DNA from: Candidatus Binataceae bacterium
Lineage (GTDB): Bacteria; Desulfobacterota; Binatia; Binatales; Binataceae
Reading direction: 5' to 3'
NCBI GenBank assembly: GCA_035500095.1
Contig: DATJXN010000089.1
Coordinates: 370 to 64,369 of the forward strand
DNA length: 64,000 bases
Positions 23,786 through 34,323 of the stretch are shown piece by piece; the first letter of the stretch is position 1, and each line of letters begins with the position of its first letter. The notes under the pieces are model-generated. The model had not been told where the DNA came from, made no database searches, and saw only the letters and a program-made list of their open reading frames with translations. A program made the translations under genes and the position numbers.

Positions 23786-24886
23786 GTGACTGCGCGCCTG
23801 CTTACGGTTGATTCGGCGCCCGGACGGATGCGGCTCGACGTCTTCGTCGCCGGCGAACTCGGCGCGGAATTTTCGCGCGCGCAGGCCGCGCGCATGATCA
23901 AGGCCGGCCTGGTGCGGCTGAACGGCGTCCCCGCGCGCGCCGCCGACGCCGTCCATCTCGGCGACAGAATAGAAATCGAAAGCCCCACGGCAATCGCGCC
24001 GGCGCCAACGGCTCGCGAGGCCGGCGCGCCGGCGATCGACGTGATATACGCCGACGACGAGATCGTGGTGGTCAACAAGCCGGCGGGGATGACCGTTCAT
24101 CCCGCCCCCGGCCATCCGGGCGGCACGCTGGTCGACGCGTTGCTCGCGCGCTTTCCCGAGATGGCGGCGATGGGCGAGGCGGACGGCGTGATGCGTCCGG
24201 GAATCGTGCATCGGCTCGACAAGGACACGTCGGGCGTGATGGTGGTCGCGCGGACGCCGTTTGCGCGGATGGAACTGGCGCGCCAGTTCAAGGACCGCAC
24301 GGTCGGCAAGATCTATCTCGCGGTCGTGCGCGGAGCGATCGCGCGCGAGCGCCTTTCGATCGCGCGCCCGGTCGGACGCCATCCGGTCGAACGCAAGCGC
24401 ATGTCGGTGAATTCGCGCCACGGCCGCGAGGCCTTGAGCTACGTCTGCGTGCTCGCGCAGATGCCGGACGTAGGCGGCGGCGCAACCCTCGTGGGGGTAC
24501 GGCCGCTCACCGGCCGCACGCATCAGATTCGCGTACATCTCGCGTCCATAGGTCATCCCTGTCTCGGCGATCCGCTTTACGGCGGCCGCCCTGCCAGGGA
24601 ATCCCAACCCAAAAAATCCCAGCTCAAAGAATCCAGAGACGCGGCATCTTGTCAGCCGGCGCACGAATTCGAGCGCCAGGCCCTGCACGCGACGGCGCTC
24701 AAGATCGCCCATCCGCGCACCGCCGCGGCGCTGGAATTCGTCGCTCCGTTGCCGTGCGATTTTTCCGTCTTTCTGGCCGCGCGCGGCGTGGCGGCGGACG
24801 GGCCCGTGCTCGCACGCTGGATCGATATTGTCGAATCCGCGCCGCGTTCGGCCTTAGCGCCGCATCAACGGCGCGCATCAACATAA
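23786..24886 (+). CDS. rluD: 23S rRNA pseudouridine synthase, RluA family (RluD-like, with S4 domain)
   Basis: S4-like N-terminus RLDVFVAGELGAEFSRAQAARMIKAGLVRLNG. Motifs: VVNKPAGMTVHP, GIVHRLDKDTSGVMVVA, TGRTHQIRVHL. Confidence 0.9.
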   Translation: MTARLLTVDSAPGRMRLDVFVAGELGAEFSRAQAARMIKAGLVRLNGVPARAADAVHLGDRIEIESPTAIAPAPTAREAGAPAIDVIYADDEIVVVNKPAGMTVHPAPGHPGGTLVDALLARFPEMAAMGEADGVMRPGIVHRLDKDTSGVMVVARTPFARMELARQFKDRTVGKIYLAVVRGAIARERLSIARPVGRHPVERKRMSVNSRHGREALSYVCVLAQMPDVGGGATLVGVRPLTGRTHQIRVHLASIGHPCLGDPLYGGRPARESQPKKSQLKESRDAASCQPAHEFERQALHATALKIAHPRTAAALEFVAPLPCDFSVFLAARGVAADGPVLARWIDIVESAPRSALAPHQRRAST

Positions 24887-24892
24887 AGCCCG

Positions 24893-24921
24893 TTGACAGC
24901 CCAAAGGGGCTCAGATACCTT
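24893..24921 (+). promoter_or_regulatory. Candidate promoter for rho (TTGACA-17-TACCTT), giving a leader of about 290 nt
   Basis: TTGACA at 24893-98 and TACCTT at 24916-21. Downstream is a C-rich, G-poor tract (about 24975-25055). Confidence 0.4.
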
Positions 24922-25213
24922 CGTTCCAAGGACCTGCGCACTGTATCGAGGGCAGGTCGGACTACCGGATCGCCCGCAGCCGCCAAGTGCCCCGCCGAAG
25001 ATTGGGCGTCGCTTCCCGACCGCGACCGAATGCCTCAATCCATTTGACCGGCTTGGGAAGAACCGGGTTCGTATTCCGTTCGGGGTCGTAAGCATCGTAG
25101 CGGTCTCGCGAACGGCTGAGGGGCCGCTTCAAGGGGATCGCAACATCAGATTTTGTCGCTTAATTTAGATACTCGTAGCCAGATTGGAGTCAGGTAATTT
25201 GCGGACAAGGCAT

Positions 25214-26731
25214 ATGGGCAAGGGCAGGGGGGCCAGGGGCGAGGGTCAAGGCCAGGGCCAGAGCGACGAAGGCCGGAGCGCAATGCATACGCGCCACGCG
25301 CAGCCGTCCGCCGGACCCGGCGAAGTTAACGGCGCGGCGCTTGACCACGAAGAGGTGAGCCACGACGACGCCGCCGCCGGCGCATCGGCCGGCGGGAATG
25401 CCGGCGGCTATCGCGTGAGCAGTGCGCAGGCGCTCAGCGCCTCCGAGCGCCACCTTGGCGGAATCATCAGCGACGGCGGCGCCCTCAATCTCAAGGTGCT
25501 CAAGGCCGCCAAGATCACCGAGCTCGCGCAGATCGCGCGCGAATTCAACATCGACGGCGCGACCAACATGCGCAAGCAGGAGATGATCTTTTCCATCCTG
25601 CAGGCGCAGGCCTCGCGCAACGGCTCGATCCTCGGCGAAGGCGTACTCGAAATTCTGCCCGACGGCTTCGGCTTCCTGCGTGCCCCCGACTACAACTATC
25701 TGCCCGGCCCGGACGACATCTACATCTCGCCGAGCCAGATCCGGAAGTTCAATCTGCGCACCGGCGATATCGTCTCGGGCCTGATTCGCCCGCCCAAGGA
25801 AGGCGAGCGTTATTTCGCGCTGCTCAAGGTCGAATCGATCAACTACGAGGAACCCGAGAAAGCCCGCGACAAGATCCTGTTCGACAACCTGACGCCGCTC
25901 TACCCGCAGGAGCGGATCAAGCTCGAGTACGATCACGAGGACTACACCACCCGCATCATCGATTTGATCGCGCCGATCGGCAAGGGCCAGCGCGGACTTA
26001 TCGTGGCGGCCCCGTTCACCGGCAAGACCATGATGCTGCAGGCGATCGCCAAGGCGATCGCGCACAACCATCCGGAGATCGTCCTGATCGTGCTGTTGGT
26101 TGACGAACGCCCCGAGGAAGTCACCGACATGCTGCGCTCGGTGCAGGGCGAGGTCGTGAGCTCGACTTTCGACGAGCCCGCCACCCGCCACGTGCAGGTG
26201 GCCGAGATGGTAATCGAGAAGGCGCGCCGTCTGGTGGAACACGGGCGCGACGTAGTGATCCTGCTCGACTCGATCACGCGTCTCGCCCGGGCCTACAACA
26301 CCGTGGTGCCGCCCTCGGGCAAGATCCTTTCGGGCGGCGTGGATTCCAACGCGCTGCACAAGCCCAAGAAGTTCTTCGGCGCGGCGCGCAATACCGAGGA
26401 TGGCGGCTCGCTGACCATCATCGCGACCGCGCTGGTCGACACGGGCAGCCGGATGGACGAGGTCATCTTCGAGGAGTTCAAGGGCACCGGCAACCAGCAG
26501 ATCGGCCTTGACCGCCGGCTGCTCGAAAAGCGCATCTTCCCGACCATCGATATTCAGCGCTCCTCGACCCGCAAGGAAGAACTGCTGCTGCCGCGGAGCA
26601 CGCTCAACCGGGTGTGGATCCTGCGCAAACTGCTGTCGCAGCTTAACGCGGTCGAATCGATGGAGTTCCTGCTGGACAAGATGCAGGGGTCGAAAACCAA
26701 CGAAGAATTCCTCGAATCGATGAACGGCTAG
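25214..26731 (+). CDS. rho: Transcription termination factor Rho with a disordered N-terminal extension of about 85-95 aa
   Basis: Core from [40 protein letters not shown] onward is collinear with E. coli Rho ([49 protein letters not shown]). Candidate starts are TTG 25184, ATG 25214 and ATG 25283. Confidence 0.9.
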   Translation: MGKGRGARGEGQGQGQSDEGRSAMHTRHAQPSAGPGEVNGAALDHEEVSHDDAAAGASAGGNAGGYRVSSAQALSASERHLGGIISDGGALNLKVLKAAKITELAQIAREFNIDGATNMRKQEMIFSILQAQASRNGSILGEGVLEILPDGFGFLRAPDYNYLPGPDDIYISPSQIRKFNLRTGDIVSGLIRPPKEGERYFALLKVESINYEEPEKARDKILFDNLTPLYPQERIKLEYDHEDYTTRIIDLIAPIGKGQRGLIVAAPFTGKTMMLQAIAKAIAHNHPEIVLIVLLVDERPEEVTDMLRSVQGEVVSSTFDEPATRHVQVAEMVIEKARRLVEHGRDVVILLDSITRLARAYNTVVPPSGKILSGGVDSNALHKPKKFFGAARNTEDGGSLTIIATALVDTGSRMDEVIFEEFKGTGNQQIGLDRRLLEKRIFPTIDIQRSSTRKEELLLPRSTLNRVWILRKLLSQLNAVESMEFLLDKMQGSKTNEEFLESMNG

Positions 26732-26826
26732 AAGGGGCCTGCGCGCTAGGAACTGCCCGCGCGGCTTGATAATTAATGGTGTCGCTCGCAAGGCCGCCGG
26801 AGGGGGCAGGCATTAACAGAGGACTT

Positions 26827-27597
26827 ATGACCGAAATCAGCATGAAACAGCTTCTGGAAGCCGGAGTCCACTTCGGCCACCAGACCAGCCGCTGGAACCC
26901 GAAGATGAAGCCGTACATCTTCGGCGCCCGCAACGGCATCTACATCATCGACCTCCAGCAGACCGTCCGCATGTTCCGCGACGCCTTTGACTTCGTGCGC
27001 GACCTCGCCGCCCAGGGCGGCACCGTCCTGTTCGTCGGCACCAAGAAGCAGGCCCAGGACATCGTGCGCGAAGAGGCCGAGCGCTGCGGCATGTATTACG
27101 TGCACAACCGGTGGCTCGGCGGGATGCTGACCAACTTCCAGACTATCCGGCAGTCGATCGAGCGGCTCAAAAAGCTCGAAGAGATAATGGCCGACCCCGA
27201 GATGATCCAGGCGCTCACCAAGAAGGAGATGAGCGAGAACGCGCACGAGCACGGAAAGCTGATGGCGACGCTTGCCGGAATCAAGAACATGCGCAAGCTG
27301 CCCGACGCGCTGTGGGTGATCGACACCAAGAAGGAAGACATCGCGGTGGCCGAGGCCAAGCGGCTCGGCATCCCGGTGGTCGCCGTGGTCGACACCAACT
27401 GCGATCCCGACCTCATCGCTTACCGCATCCCGGGCAACGACGACGCGATCCGCGCGATCAAGCTCTTCAGCGCGGCCATCGCCGACGCGGTGCTGGAGGG
27501 CAAACGGATCGCCGAGGAACGTCAGAAGGGCGACCAGGACCTGGGAGCGAGCGCCGAGGAGAGCGAGAATCCCGAGCCGCCGAGCCAGAGTGTCTAG
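26827..27597 (+). CDS. rpsB: 30S ribosomal protein S2
   Basis: [30 protein letters not shown] 26827 follows AGAGGA. Confidence 0.95.
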   Translation: MTEISMKQLLEAGVHFGHQTSRWNPKMKPYIFGARNGIYIIDLQQTVRMFRDAFDFVRDLAAQGGTVLFVGTKKQAQDIVREEAERCGMYYVHNRWLGGMLTNFQTIRQSIERLKKLEEIMADPEMIQALTKKEMSENAHEHGKLMATLAGIKNMRKLPDALWVIDTKKEDIAVAEAKRLGIPVVAVVDTNCDPDLIAYRIPGNDDAIRAIKLFSAAIADAVLEGKRIAEERQKGDQDLGASAEESENPEPPSQSV

Positions 27598-27685
27598 GCA
27601 TTTTTTTGCGGACCGCGGGCAAGCGCCGCTCGGAGCGGACCGGCGGACCCGAAGCTTTCTCGAAGCGGAATAAGAAACCCAGAGC

Positions 27686-28303
27686 ATGGACATCAACGCA
27701 AATATCGTCAGGGACCTGCGCGAAAAAACCGGCGCCGGCGTAATGGATTGCAAGAAGGCGCTGGCCGAGGCCAGCGGCGACCTGGAAAAGGCCATCGTGT
27801 GGCTGCGCGAGCGCGGCATCGCGCAGGCCGCTAAGCGCGCCGGGCGACTCGCCTCGGAGGGCTCGATCGGGGCTTACATCCACGCCGGCGGCAAGCTCGG
27901 CGTGCTGGTCGAGGTCAACTGCGAGAGCGACTTCGTGGCTAAGACGCCGGAATTCCAGCAGCTGGTAAAGGAGATCGGGATGCAGGTGGCGGCAGCCAAC
28001 CCGCGTTACGTCAGCCGCGAGGAAGTCCCCGCCGACGTTATCGAGCAGGAGCGGCAAATTTACGCCGCCCAATCCGCGGACAAGCCCGAGGCGGTGGTCA
28101 AGAAAATCGTCGACGGCAAGCTGGAAAAATTCTACCGCGACATCTGCCTCAACGAGCAGGCCTGGGTACGCGACCCCAATCGCACGATCGGAGAACTTCT
28201 GGGCGAATACGTGGCTAAGATGGGCGAAAAGATCGAAATTCGCCGCTTCGTCCGTTTTCAACTCGGTGAATTGCGCGACGGCAACGCCGCCGCGAGCGCC
28301 TGA
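27686..28303 (+). CDS. tsf: Translation elongation factor Ts (short form)
   Basis: Motifs: [46 protein letters not shown]. Confidence 0.95.
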   Translation: MDINANIVRDLREKTGAGVMDCKKALAEASGDLEKAIVWLRERGIAQAAKRAGRLASEGSIGAYIHAGGKLGVLVEVNCESDFVAKTPEFQQLVKEIGMQVAAANPRYVSREEVPADVIEQERQIYAAQSADKPEAVVKKIVDGKLEKFYRDICLNEQAWVRDPNRTIGELLGEYVAKMGEKIEIRRFVRFQLGELRDGNAAASA

Positions 28304-28334
28304 CGATCCGTATCCCAGGGAGGCAATCGGAGCG

Positions 28335-29084
28335 ATGAGCGAGGCGGCAAGCGGCGCGGCGAGCAAGCCCCGCTTCCGGCGCGTGATGCTCAAGCTCTCC
28401 GGGCAGGCGCTTGCGCCCGCGCACGGCGCCGGCATCGACCTCGACACGCTCGCCGCATTCGCCCGTGAAATCAAGGAAGTTTCCGAGCTCGGCGTCCAAC
28501 TCTCGATGGTCATCGGAGCGGGCAACATCCTGCGCGGCAGCGAATACGAGGCCCGCGGGATGGACCGCTCGAGCGCCGACCAAATGGGCATGCTCGGCAC
28601 CGTGATCAACGCCCTCGCCTTCCAGGACGCGCTGGAGCGGGCGGGCGTGACGACCCGGGTGCTGTCGGCAATCGCGATGCAGGCGGTGTGCGAACCGTAC
28701 ATCCGCCGGCGGGCCGTGCGCCACCTCGAAAAGGGCCGGGTGGTGATCTTCGCCGCCGGCACCGGCAACCCCTACTTCACCACGGATACGGCGGCGAGCC
28801 TGCGCGCGCTGGAAATCGGCGCCGAGGTCATCCTCAAGGCGAGCCATCACGTCGACGGCGTATACGACCGCGATCCGCTGCGCGAACCTGGAGCCAAGCG
28901 TTTTGACCGCCTGACCTACCTCGAGGTGCTCGAACGGAACCTGCGGGTGATGGACCTCACCGCGATCTCGATGTGCAAAGACAACAACCTGCCGATCATC
29001 GTTTTCAATTTGCGCGAGACGGGTAATATAAGAAGGGCCGTGATGGGAGAGCCGATCGGGACCTGGGTAGAAAGTGGCTGCTGA
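28335..29084 (+). CDS. pyrH: UMP kinase
   Basis: Motifs: [41 protein letters not shown] 28335 follows GGGAGG. Confidence 0.95.
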   Translation: MSEAASGAASKPRFRRVMLKLSGQALAPAHGAGIDLDTLAAFAREIKEVSELGVQLSMVIGAGNILRGSEYEARGMDRSSADQMGMLGTVINALAFQDALERAGVTTRVLSAIAMQAVCEPYIRRRAVRHLEKGRVVIFAAGTGNPYFTTDTAASLRALEIGAEVILKASHHVDGVYDRDPLREPGAKRFDRLTYLEVLERNLRVMDLTAISMCKDNNLPIIVFNLRETGNIRRAVMGEPIGTWVESGC

Positions 29085-29646
29085 GGAAAAGCCTGACGAC
29101 GTGATCGAGATGGCGCGGCTCGAGATGGAAGAAGCCGTCGTCGCCTTCCGCCATGAACTTGCCCGCGTGCGCACCGGTCGCGCGTCGACCGCGCTGCTCG
29201 AGGGCTTGCACGTCAATTACTATGGCGCCCGCACTCCGCTGCGCCAACTTGCAGGGCTTGCCGCTCCCGAGCCGCGCCTCCTGGTGATCACGCCTTACGA
29301 CAAGGGATCGCTGCACGAAATCGAAAAGTCCATCCAGGCCTCCGACCTCGGCCTGACCCCGATCAATGACGGCAAGATTATCCGCGTGCCGATTCCCGAA
29401 CTGACCGAGCAGCGGCGCAAGGAACTGGTCCGCCACGTCCACAAGACGGCGGAGGAATTCCGGGTCTCGGTCCGCAATCATCGCCGCGACGCCAACGACA
29501 AGCTCAAGAAGATGCACAAGGACAAGAAGCTCGATGACGACACGTTGCGCGCGGGCGAGGCCAAAGTGCAGCAGCATACCACCGAGCACACCGAGAAGAT
29601 CGACAAGATCCTTGCGGCCAAGGAAGCGGAGATAATGGAGGTCTGA
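29074..29646 (+). CDS. frr: Ribosome recycling factor
   Basis: Motifs: [49 protein letters not shown]. Confidence 0.95.
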   Translation: MAAEEKPDDVIEMARLEMEEAVVAFRHELARVRTGRASTALLEGLHVNYYGARTPLRQLAGLAAPEPRLLVITPYDKGSLHEIEKSIQASDLGLTPINDGKIIRVPIPELTEQRRKELVRHVHKTAEEFRVSVRNHRRDANDKLKKMHKDKKLDDDTLRAGEAKVQQHTTEHTEKIDKILAAKEAEIMEV

Positions 29647-29703
29647 ATCGTCCCGACGGCGTCCCGCGCAAGGCGGGAGGCGGCGGCGCGGCTTATCCGG
29701 TTC

Positions 29704-30492
29704 GTGGCTTCTTCACTCCCACTGGACGAATTTCCGAACCTTTCGCTGGAACGCGAGCGGCTGCCGCGTCACGTCGCGATCGTGATGGACGGCAACGGCA
29801 GATGGGCTCGCCAGCACGGGCTCTCGCGTTCCGAGGGCCATCGCCGCGGCAAGGACTCGGTGCGCGCCGTGGTCGAGGCGGCGCGCGAGATCGGCATCCG
29901 CTGCCTCACGCTTTTCGTGTTCTCCAACGAGAACTGGCAGCGGCCCGGCACCGAGGTGCGATTTTTGATGGAGCTGTTCCATCGCTATCTCCGCACCGAG
30001 ACCAAGCGCCTGATGAAACGCGACATCAAGGTGGTGGCGCTCGGCAACCTCGAGCGGCTGCCGACGCCGGTCAGGCGCGCGCTCGACTCGATGATCGCCG
30101 CGACCGCCGCAAACCGTTCGATGACGGTCGCGCTCGCGCTTTCCTATGGCGGGCGCCAGGACGTAACCGCTGCCGCCCGCCGAATCGCCGAGGAGGTCGC
30201 GGCGGGACGGCTGCGCCCCGAGGAAGTCGACGAGCAGGCCGTCGCAAGCCGGCTCGCAAGCGCCGATCTGCCCGACCCCGATCTGCTCATCCGCACGTCG
30301 GGCGAACTGCGGATATCGAATTTCTTCCTCTACCAGCTCGCCTATACGGAACTGTATTTCACCAACACCTTGTGGCCCGACTTCCGCGAGCGCGAGTTTC
30401 TCCGTGCGCTCGCCGCCTATCAGCTCCGCGAGCGCCGCTTCGGCGCGGTCGACGCCGGCTCCGCCAACCACCGACTGCGTGCTGCGAACTAG
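29704..30492 (+). CDS. uppS: Undecaprenyl-diphosphate synthase (cis-prenyltransferase)
   Basis: Motifs: HVAIVMDGNGRWA, LTLFVFSNENWQRP, LIRTSGELRISNFFLYQLAYTELYF. Confidence 0.95.
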   Translation: MASSLPLDEFPNLSLERERLPRHVAIVMDGNGRWARQHGLSRSEGHRRGKDSVRAVVEAAREIGIRCLTLFVFSNENWQRPGTEVRFLMELFHRYLRTETKRLMKRDIKVVALGNLERLPTPVRRALDSMIAATAANRSMTVALALSYGGRQDVTAAARRIAEEVAAGRLRPEEVDEQAVASRLASADLPDPDLLIRTSGELRISNFFLYQLAYTELYFTNTLWPDFREREFLRALAAYQLRERRFGAVDAGSANHRLRAAN

Positions 30493-31270
30493 GGTCTGGA
30501 CCGCGCTGGTGGCGCTGCCCACCCTGCTCGCGGTGGTGCTCTTCGCGCCTGCGCCATGGTTCGCAGCTTTCGTGGCTGTGCTGATTGTGGTCGGACTCTA
30601 CGAAGTGGCCGCGATGACCGGGGCGCACAGCGCGGGCGCGATCGCCATCCTGATGCTGGCGGGCGGCGGGCCGGCCGCGCTGCTCGGATGGGCGCCCGCG
30701 CGTCTATGGTTCATCCCACTCGGCGTGATTCTCGCGATGCTCGCGCTGATCGTACGCGTCGGACGGGGCACCGCAGACGCCGCGGCCAGGGCGCCCGGGA
30801 CGGAGTTGACGCTCCTTGGAGCGCTCTATGTAGGAGCGTTATTTCCGTATTTCGCCCTTCTTAGAAATCGTCCTGACGGTATCGCGGCGATTGTTCTAGT
30901 TCTTCTGCTCGTGATCGCCAGCGATACGGGAGCCTACTTCACCGGCTTATCGATAGGCCGGACCAGGCTCGCCCCCCGAGTGAGCCCGAAAAAGACCGTG
31001 GAGGGGGCGATCGGGGGGTTAGCACTATGTGTGGTGGCTGGACTCCTGCTTCGCCTACCACTGGTGCCCGGATGGGGCGTGGGGCAAACCGTGGTATTTT
31101 CCGCGGTCATCGGCATACTGGCGCAATTGGGCGACCTGGCCGGCTCGGCGCTCAAACGCAGCGCCGGAGTCAAGGATTCTGGATGGATTTTTCCAGGACA
31201 TGGCGGCCTGCTGGATCGCACTTGCAGCATAGTTTTCGCGGTGACTTTGGCCTATTATTGGGGGCGATGA
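30479..31270 (+). CDS. cdsA: Phosphatidate cytidylyltransferase
   Basis: Multi-TM protein with C-terminal signature SPKKTVEGAIGG...FPGHGGLLDR. Start uncertain (GTG 30479 chosen; track start 30404). Confidence 0.85.
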   Translation: MLRTRVWTALVALPTLLAVVLFAPAPWFAAFVAVLIVVGLYEVAAMTGAHSAGAIAILMLAGGGPAALLGWAPARLWFIPLGVILAMLALIVRVGRGTADAAARAPGTELTLLGALYVGALFPYFALLRNRPDGIAAIVLVLLLVIASDTGAYFTGLSIGRTRLAPRVSPKKTVEGAIGGLALCVVAGLLLRLPLVPGWGVGQTVVFSAVIGILAQLGDLAGSALKRSAGVKDSGWIFPGHGGLLDRTCSIVFAVTLAYYWGR

Positions 31271-31313
31271 CTGCGGCCATCCAGCCTAATTCCACGAGCG
31301 TCCATCGGAAACC

Positions 31314-32687
31314 ATGATCACATCAATTCTCTCCGCGGTGATAATTTTCGCCGTCCTGATCATCGTGCACGAGACCGGTCACTTCCTGATGGCCAAGCGA
31401 TCGGGCGTCCGCGTGCTCCGATATTCCGTCGGCTATCCGCCGAAGCTTTTCGGTATCCGCCGTGGCGAGACCGAATACGCGTTCAGCGCGACGCCGCTTG
31501 GCGGTTACGTGAAAATGCTCGGTGACGAAGTCGCCGAGGAACCTACCACCGAGACGCTCGAAGGATACGTCAAGGAGCTGCAACTCGACCTGCTCGAGGC
31601 GGCACGCGCGCATGGCAATGCGGCTTCTCCGGGCATCGACCCGTCCCAGGCGATTGTCGCACTGGCCCATCGGCTCGCACCCGCCGCGCGCGGCGCCGCG
31701 ACGTCGGCCGAGGCCCAGGCAATATTGGGGCGCGATTTGCGGCCAGGCGAGGAATTGCTGCTCGCCGAGATCGAAACCCGCAGTTCGGTTGACGGAGCTA
31801 TCAAGGCCCTGGCCGAAAGCCGTCCGACGAGACTGCTGCAGAGCTATCGCGCTCAGGCCTTTCCGACCCAGGGCCTTGGCACCCGGATCAAGATCGTTCT
31901 CGCAGGGCCGCTTGCGAACATCCTGTTCGCGCCCGTCCTGATGACGGTCGTGTTCATGTACGGCGTCCCGTACGTGAGACCGATACTCGGCGAGATCAAG
32001 CAGGGGATGCCGGCGTACGCGGCGGGCCTGCGCAAGGGCGACCAGATTGTGGCGGTGGACGGAAAAAAGGTCGAGAACTGGGCCGACCTTTCCGACGCGA
32101 TCAAGTCGGGCAATGGCGGCGCGCTCAAGATCGACTTCGTGCGCCCGCTGGCGAACGCCTCGCCCAGCCAGATGTCGCTGACGGTCAAGCCGGTCCGCGA
32201 AAAGGAAGACACTGGCTTCGGCAACAAAGCCCCGGTCTGGATCATCGGGGTCCTGCCGCGTGGGGACGAGGGCACGAAGCGCTACGGACCGATCAAGGCC
32301 TCCTATGAAAGCGTGATATCGACCGCGCAGCTCAGCGGACGGTTGGTGATGGGCATCGTGATGATCATCAACGGCACGACGCCGGCGCGCCAGGCGCTGG
32401 GCGGACCGATCATGATCGCCAAGATGGCCGGCAAGGAGGCCAAGCAGGGCTTCGCCGACGTGGCCGGCTTTACCGTGATGCTGAGCCTGGAACTGGGCAT
32501 CATCAACCTGCTGCCCGTGCCGCTGCTCGACGGCGGGCATCTGTTCTTTTTCCTCATTGAAGGCTTGCGCGGCAAACCGCTGCAGCTGCGTCATCGCGAA
32601 TTCGCAATGCAGATCGGGCTGCTGCTGCTGGTGGCGCTGATGACTTTCGTCATCGTTAATGACATCTCGCATATTATGCACAGTTGA
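31314..32687 (+). CDS. rseP: RIP (site-2) zinc metalloprotease RseP
   Basis: HETGHFLMAK (HExxH), PDZ region GDQIVAVDGKKV, and C-terminal NLLPVPLLDGGH. Confidence 0.9.
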   Translation: MITSILSAVIIFAVLIIVHETGHFLMAKRSGVRVLRYSVGYPPKLFGIRRGETEYAFSATPLGGYVKMLGDEVAEEPTTETLEGYVKELQLDLLEAARAHGNAASPGIDPSQAIVALAHRLAPAARGAATSAEAQAILGRDLRPGEELLLAEIETRSSVDGAIKALAESRPTRLLQSYRAQAFPTQGLGTRIKIVLAGPLANILFAPVLMTVVFMYGVPYVRPILGEIKQGMPAYAAGLRKGDQIVAVDGKKVENWADLSDAIKSGNGGALKIDFVRPLANASPSQMSLTVKPVREKEDTGFGNKAPVWIIGVLPRGDEGTKRYGPIKASYESVISTAQLSGRLVMGIVMIINGTTPARQALGGPIMIAKMAGKEAKQGFADVAGFTVMLSLELGIINLLPVPLLDGGHLFFFLIEGLRGKPLQLRHREFAMQIGLLLLVALMTFVIVNDISHIMHS

Positions 32688-32694
32688 CGCCGCA

Positions 32695-33492
32695 TTGGCG
32701 GCCGGCGCCGGCGCCGGGCCGGTGCTGGGAATCGAGACGGGCGGACCGCGTGCCGATCTGGCGCTGATAGCAGGCGGAAGAGTACTCGCCGAAGCGTCGC
32801 ACTCGGTCGCTTCGCATGGCGCGGAGTTGCCTTGGGCGGTCGGCGGACTGCTCACGTGCGCCGGCCTCACGCCCCGCGAGCTGAGCGCCGTCGCGGTTGG
32901 AATCGGCCCGGGATCGTTCACGGGCCTGCGCATCGGGCTCAGCTACGCCAAAGGTCTCAAGCTTGCGACCGGATGCGCGCTGCTCGGGATACCGAGTCTC
33001 GACACGCTAGCTCTGACGGCGCTCGCCGAAATCCCCGCTAAGCCGGACCAGGGGCTCATCTGTTCGGTGCTGGACGCTCGCAAAGGCGAGGTCTATGCTG
33101 CCCTTTACCGGACAAGTGGCAATGGGTTAGAAAAGTTGTCAGATGACTTCGTGGTCGCGCTCGAAGATCTGGCTCCCCATCTTGGCACCGACGTTCTGTT
33201 GGTCGGCGATGCAAAGGCCGAAGAGGCCTGTGCTTTGGTTGTGCGCCGCGGCGGACGAGCGGCGTGCCTGGGAGTCAGCGGATTGCGCCTGCGAGGCCGG
33301 GCCGTGGCGGCGATAGGCGCCGCGCGGATGGTGGCGGAAGAAGCGGATAACGCGTTCGCTCTGGAACCGCTGTACGTGAGGTCGGCGGAGGCAATTTTCA
33401 AGGTTGATCCTCTAACCTCGGGAGTGACGGGCAATGGAGCAGAAGGAAGAAGAATTGATTCATCAGTACGTGACCAGCGACGAAGAACTTAG
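32695..33492 (+). CDS. tsaB: tRNA t6A37 biosynthesis protein TsaB (YeaZ family)
   Basis: Motifs: VLGIETGGP, AVAVGIGPGSFTGLRIGLSYAKGL, VLDARKGEVYAALY. Start uncertain (TTG 32695 or GTG about 32720). Confidence 0.8.
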   Translation: MAAGAGAGPVLGIETGGPRADLALIAGGRVLAEASHSVASHGAELPWAVGGLLTCAGLTPRELSAVAVGIGPGSFTGLRIGLSYAKGLKLATGCALLGIPSLDTLALTALAEIPAKPDQGLICSVLDARKGEVYAALYRTSGNGLEKLSDDFVVALEDLAPHLGTDVLLVGDAKAEEACALVVRRGGRAACLGVSGLRLRGRAVAAIGAARMVAEEADNAFALEPLYVRSAEAIFKVDPLTSGVTGNGAEGRRIDSSVRDQRRRT

Positions 33493-33670
33493 GATGCTGT
33501 ATGAGGAACACGCGGAGCTGAAACGCCAGCTCGAATCTTTACGCCTCAAGCACTACCTCACCGCCGAAGAAGAAATCGAAAAGAAGCGCATCCAGAAGCT
33601 GAAGCTCGCCTCCAAGGACCGCATCATGGCGTTGCTCCATCGCCATCAGCACGAAGACGAGGCGCGCTAG
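33434..33670 (+). CDS. DUF465 (YdcH-like) small coiled-coil protein
   Basis: EELRMLYEEHAELKRQLESL...EEEIEKKRIQKLKLASKDRI follows the pattern typical of DUF465. Overlaps the tsaB 3' end by 59 nt. Confidence 0.7.
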   Translation: MEQKEEELIHQYVTSDEELRMLYEEHAELKRQLESLRLKHYLTAEEEIEKKRIQKLKLASKDRIMALLHRHQHEDEAR

Positions 33671-33713
33671 GCCCGCGACGCGCATCCAGCGCTCCGGGCC
33701 GAAACCCCAACTG

Positions 33714-34244
33714 ATGCCAAGTCATACGATATCCGTACTGGTCGAGAACGAGTTCGGCGTGCTCGCGCGTGTCGCCGGCCTGTTCTCGAGCCGCGGCTTC
33801 AATATCGAGTCGCTCACCGTCAACGAGGACCCGCTGGATCCCACCGTCTCGCGCATTGTGCTGGTGGCGACCGGCGACGACCAGGTTCTCGAACAGATCA
33901 ACAAGCAGCTCAACAAGCTGGTCTCCGTGATCAAGGTCACCGACTTCAAGGACACCAGCACCATCGATCGCGAAATGGTGATGGTCAAGGTCTCGGTGGA
34001 CGAGCGCACGCGGGCCGAACTCGATTCGATCGTCGGCGCCTTTCGCGCCCACGTGATCGACATCGGTCCGCGCGCGGTAACCGTGGAAGTGACCGGGGAT
34101 GCCGACAAGATAAAGGCGTTTATCGCGCTGGTCCGTCCGCTGGGCATCAAGGAGATCGTACGCTCGGGCAAAATCGCTATGGTCCGCGCGGTGCAGCTCG
34201 AAGGCGGCGGCCATCGCACCGCCGGCGCCCGCGAGGTCGGCTAG
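33714..34244 (+). CDS. ilvN: Acetolactate synthase small (regulatory) subunit
   Basis: Motifs: [36 protein letters not shown] domain, VIKVTD. Confidence 0.9.
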   Translation: MPSHTISVLVENEFGVLARVAGLFSSRGFNIESLTVNEDPLDPTVSRIVLVATGDDQVLEQINKQLNKLVSVIKVTDFKDTSTIDREMVMVKVSVDERTRAELDSIVGAFRAHVIDIGPRAVTVEVTGDADKIKAFIALVRPLGIKEIVRSGKIAMVRAVQLEGGGHRTAGAREVG

Positions 34245-34323
34245 CCGCCGCATTTCCGGCTCCTCGCTGCGGCGAGGCCGGCTTTTCCAACTAAAGCGCG
34301 AATTTATTCAGGAGAACTTCCCC

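Noticed and set aside
24595-24650. Apparent low-complexity insertion and degenerate AATCCCA.. repeats in rluD (RESQPKKSQLKESRD)
   Set aside because: E. coli RluD has a segment of similar length between GDPVYGG and RQALHA, so this is the normal variable linker and not an insertion.
24922-25213. Possible structured RNA gene (SRP RNA, 6S, tRNA-like) in the rho upstream region
   Set aside because: GGGCAGGTCGGACTACCGG only superficially resembles SRP domain IV, with no GGAA tetraloop or symmetric-loop motifs. GGGTTCGTATTCC has no flanking T-stem. The region is better explained as the rho leader.
25190-26791. 533-aa minus-strand ORF
   Set aside because: It is antisense to rho, whose identity is unambiguous, and has no recognisable motifs.
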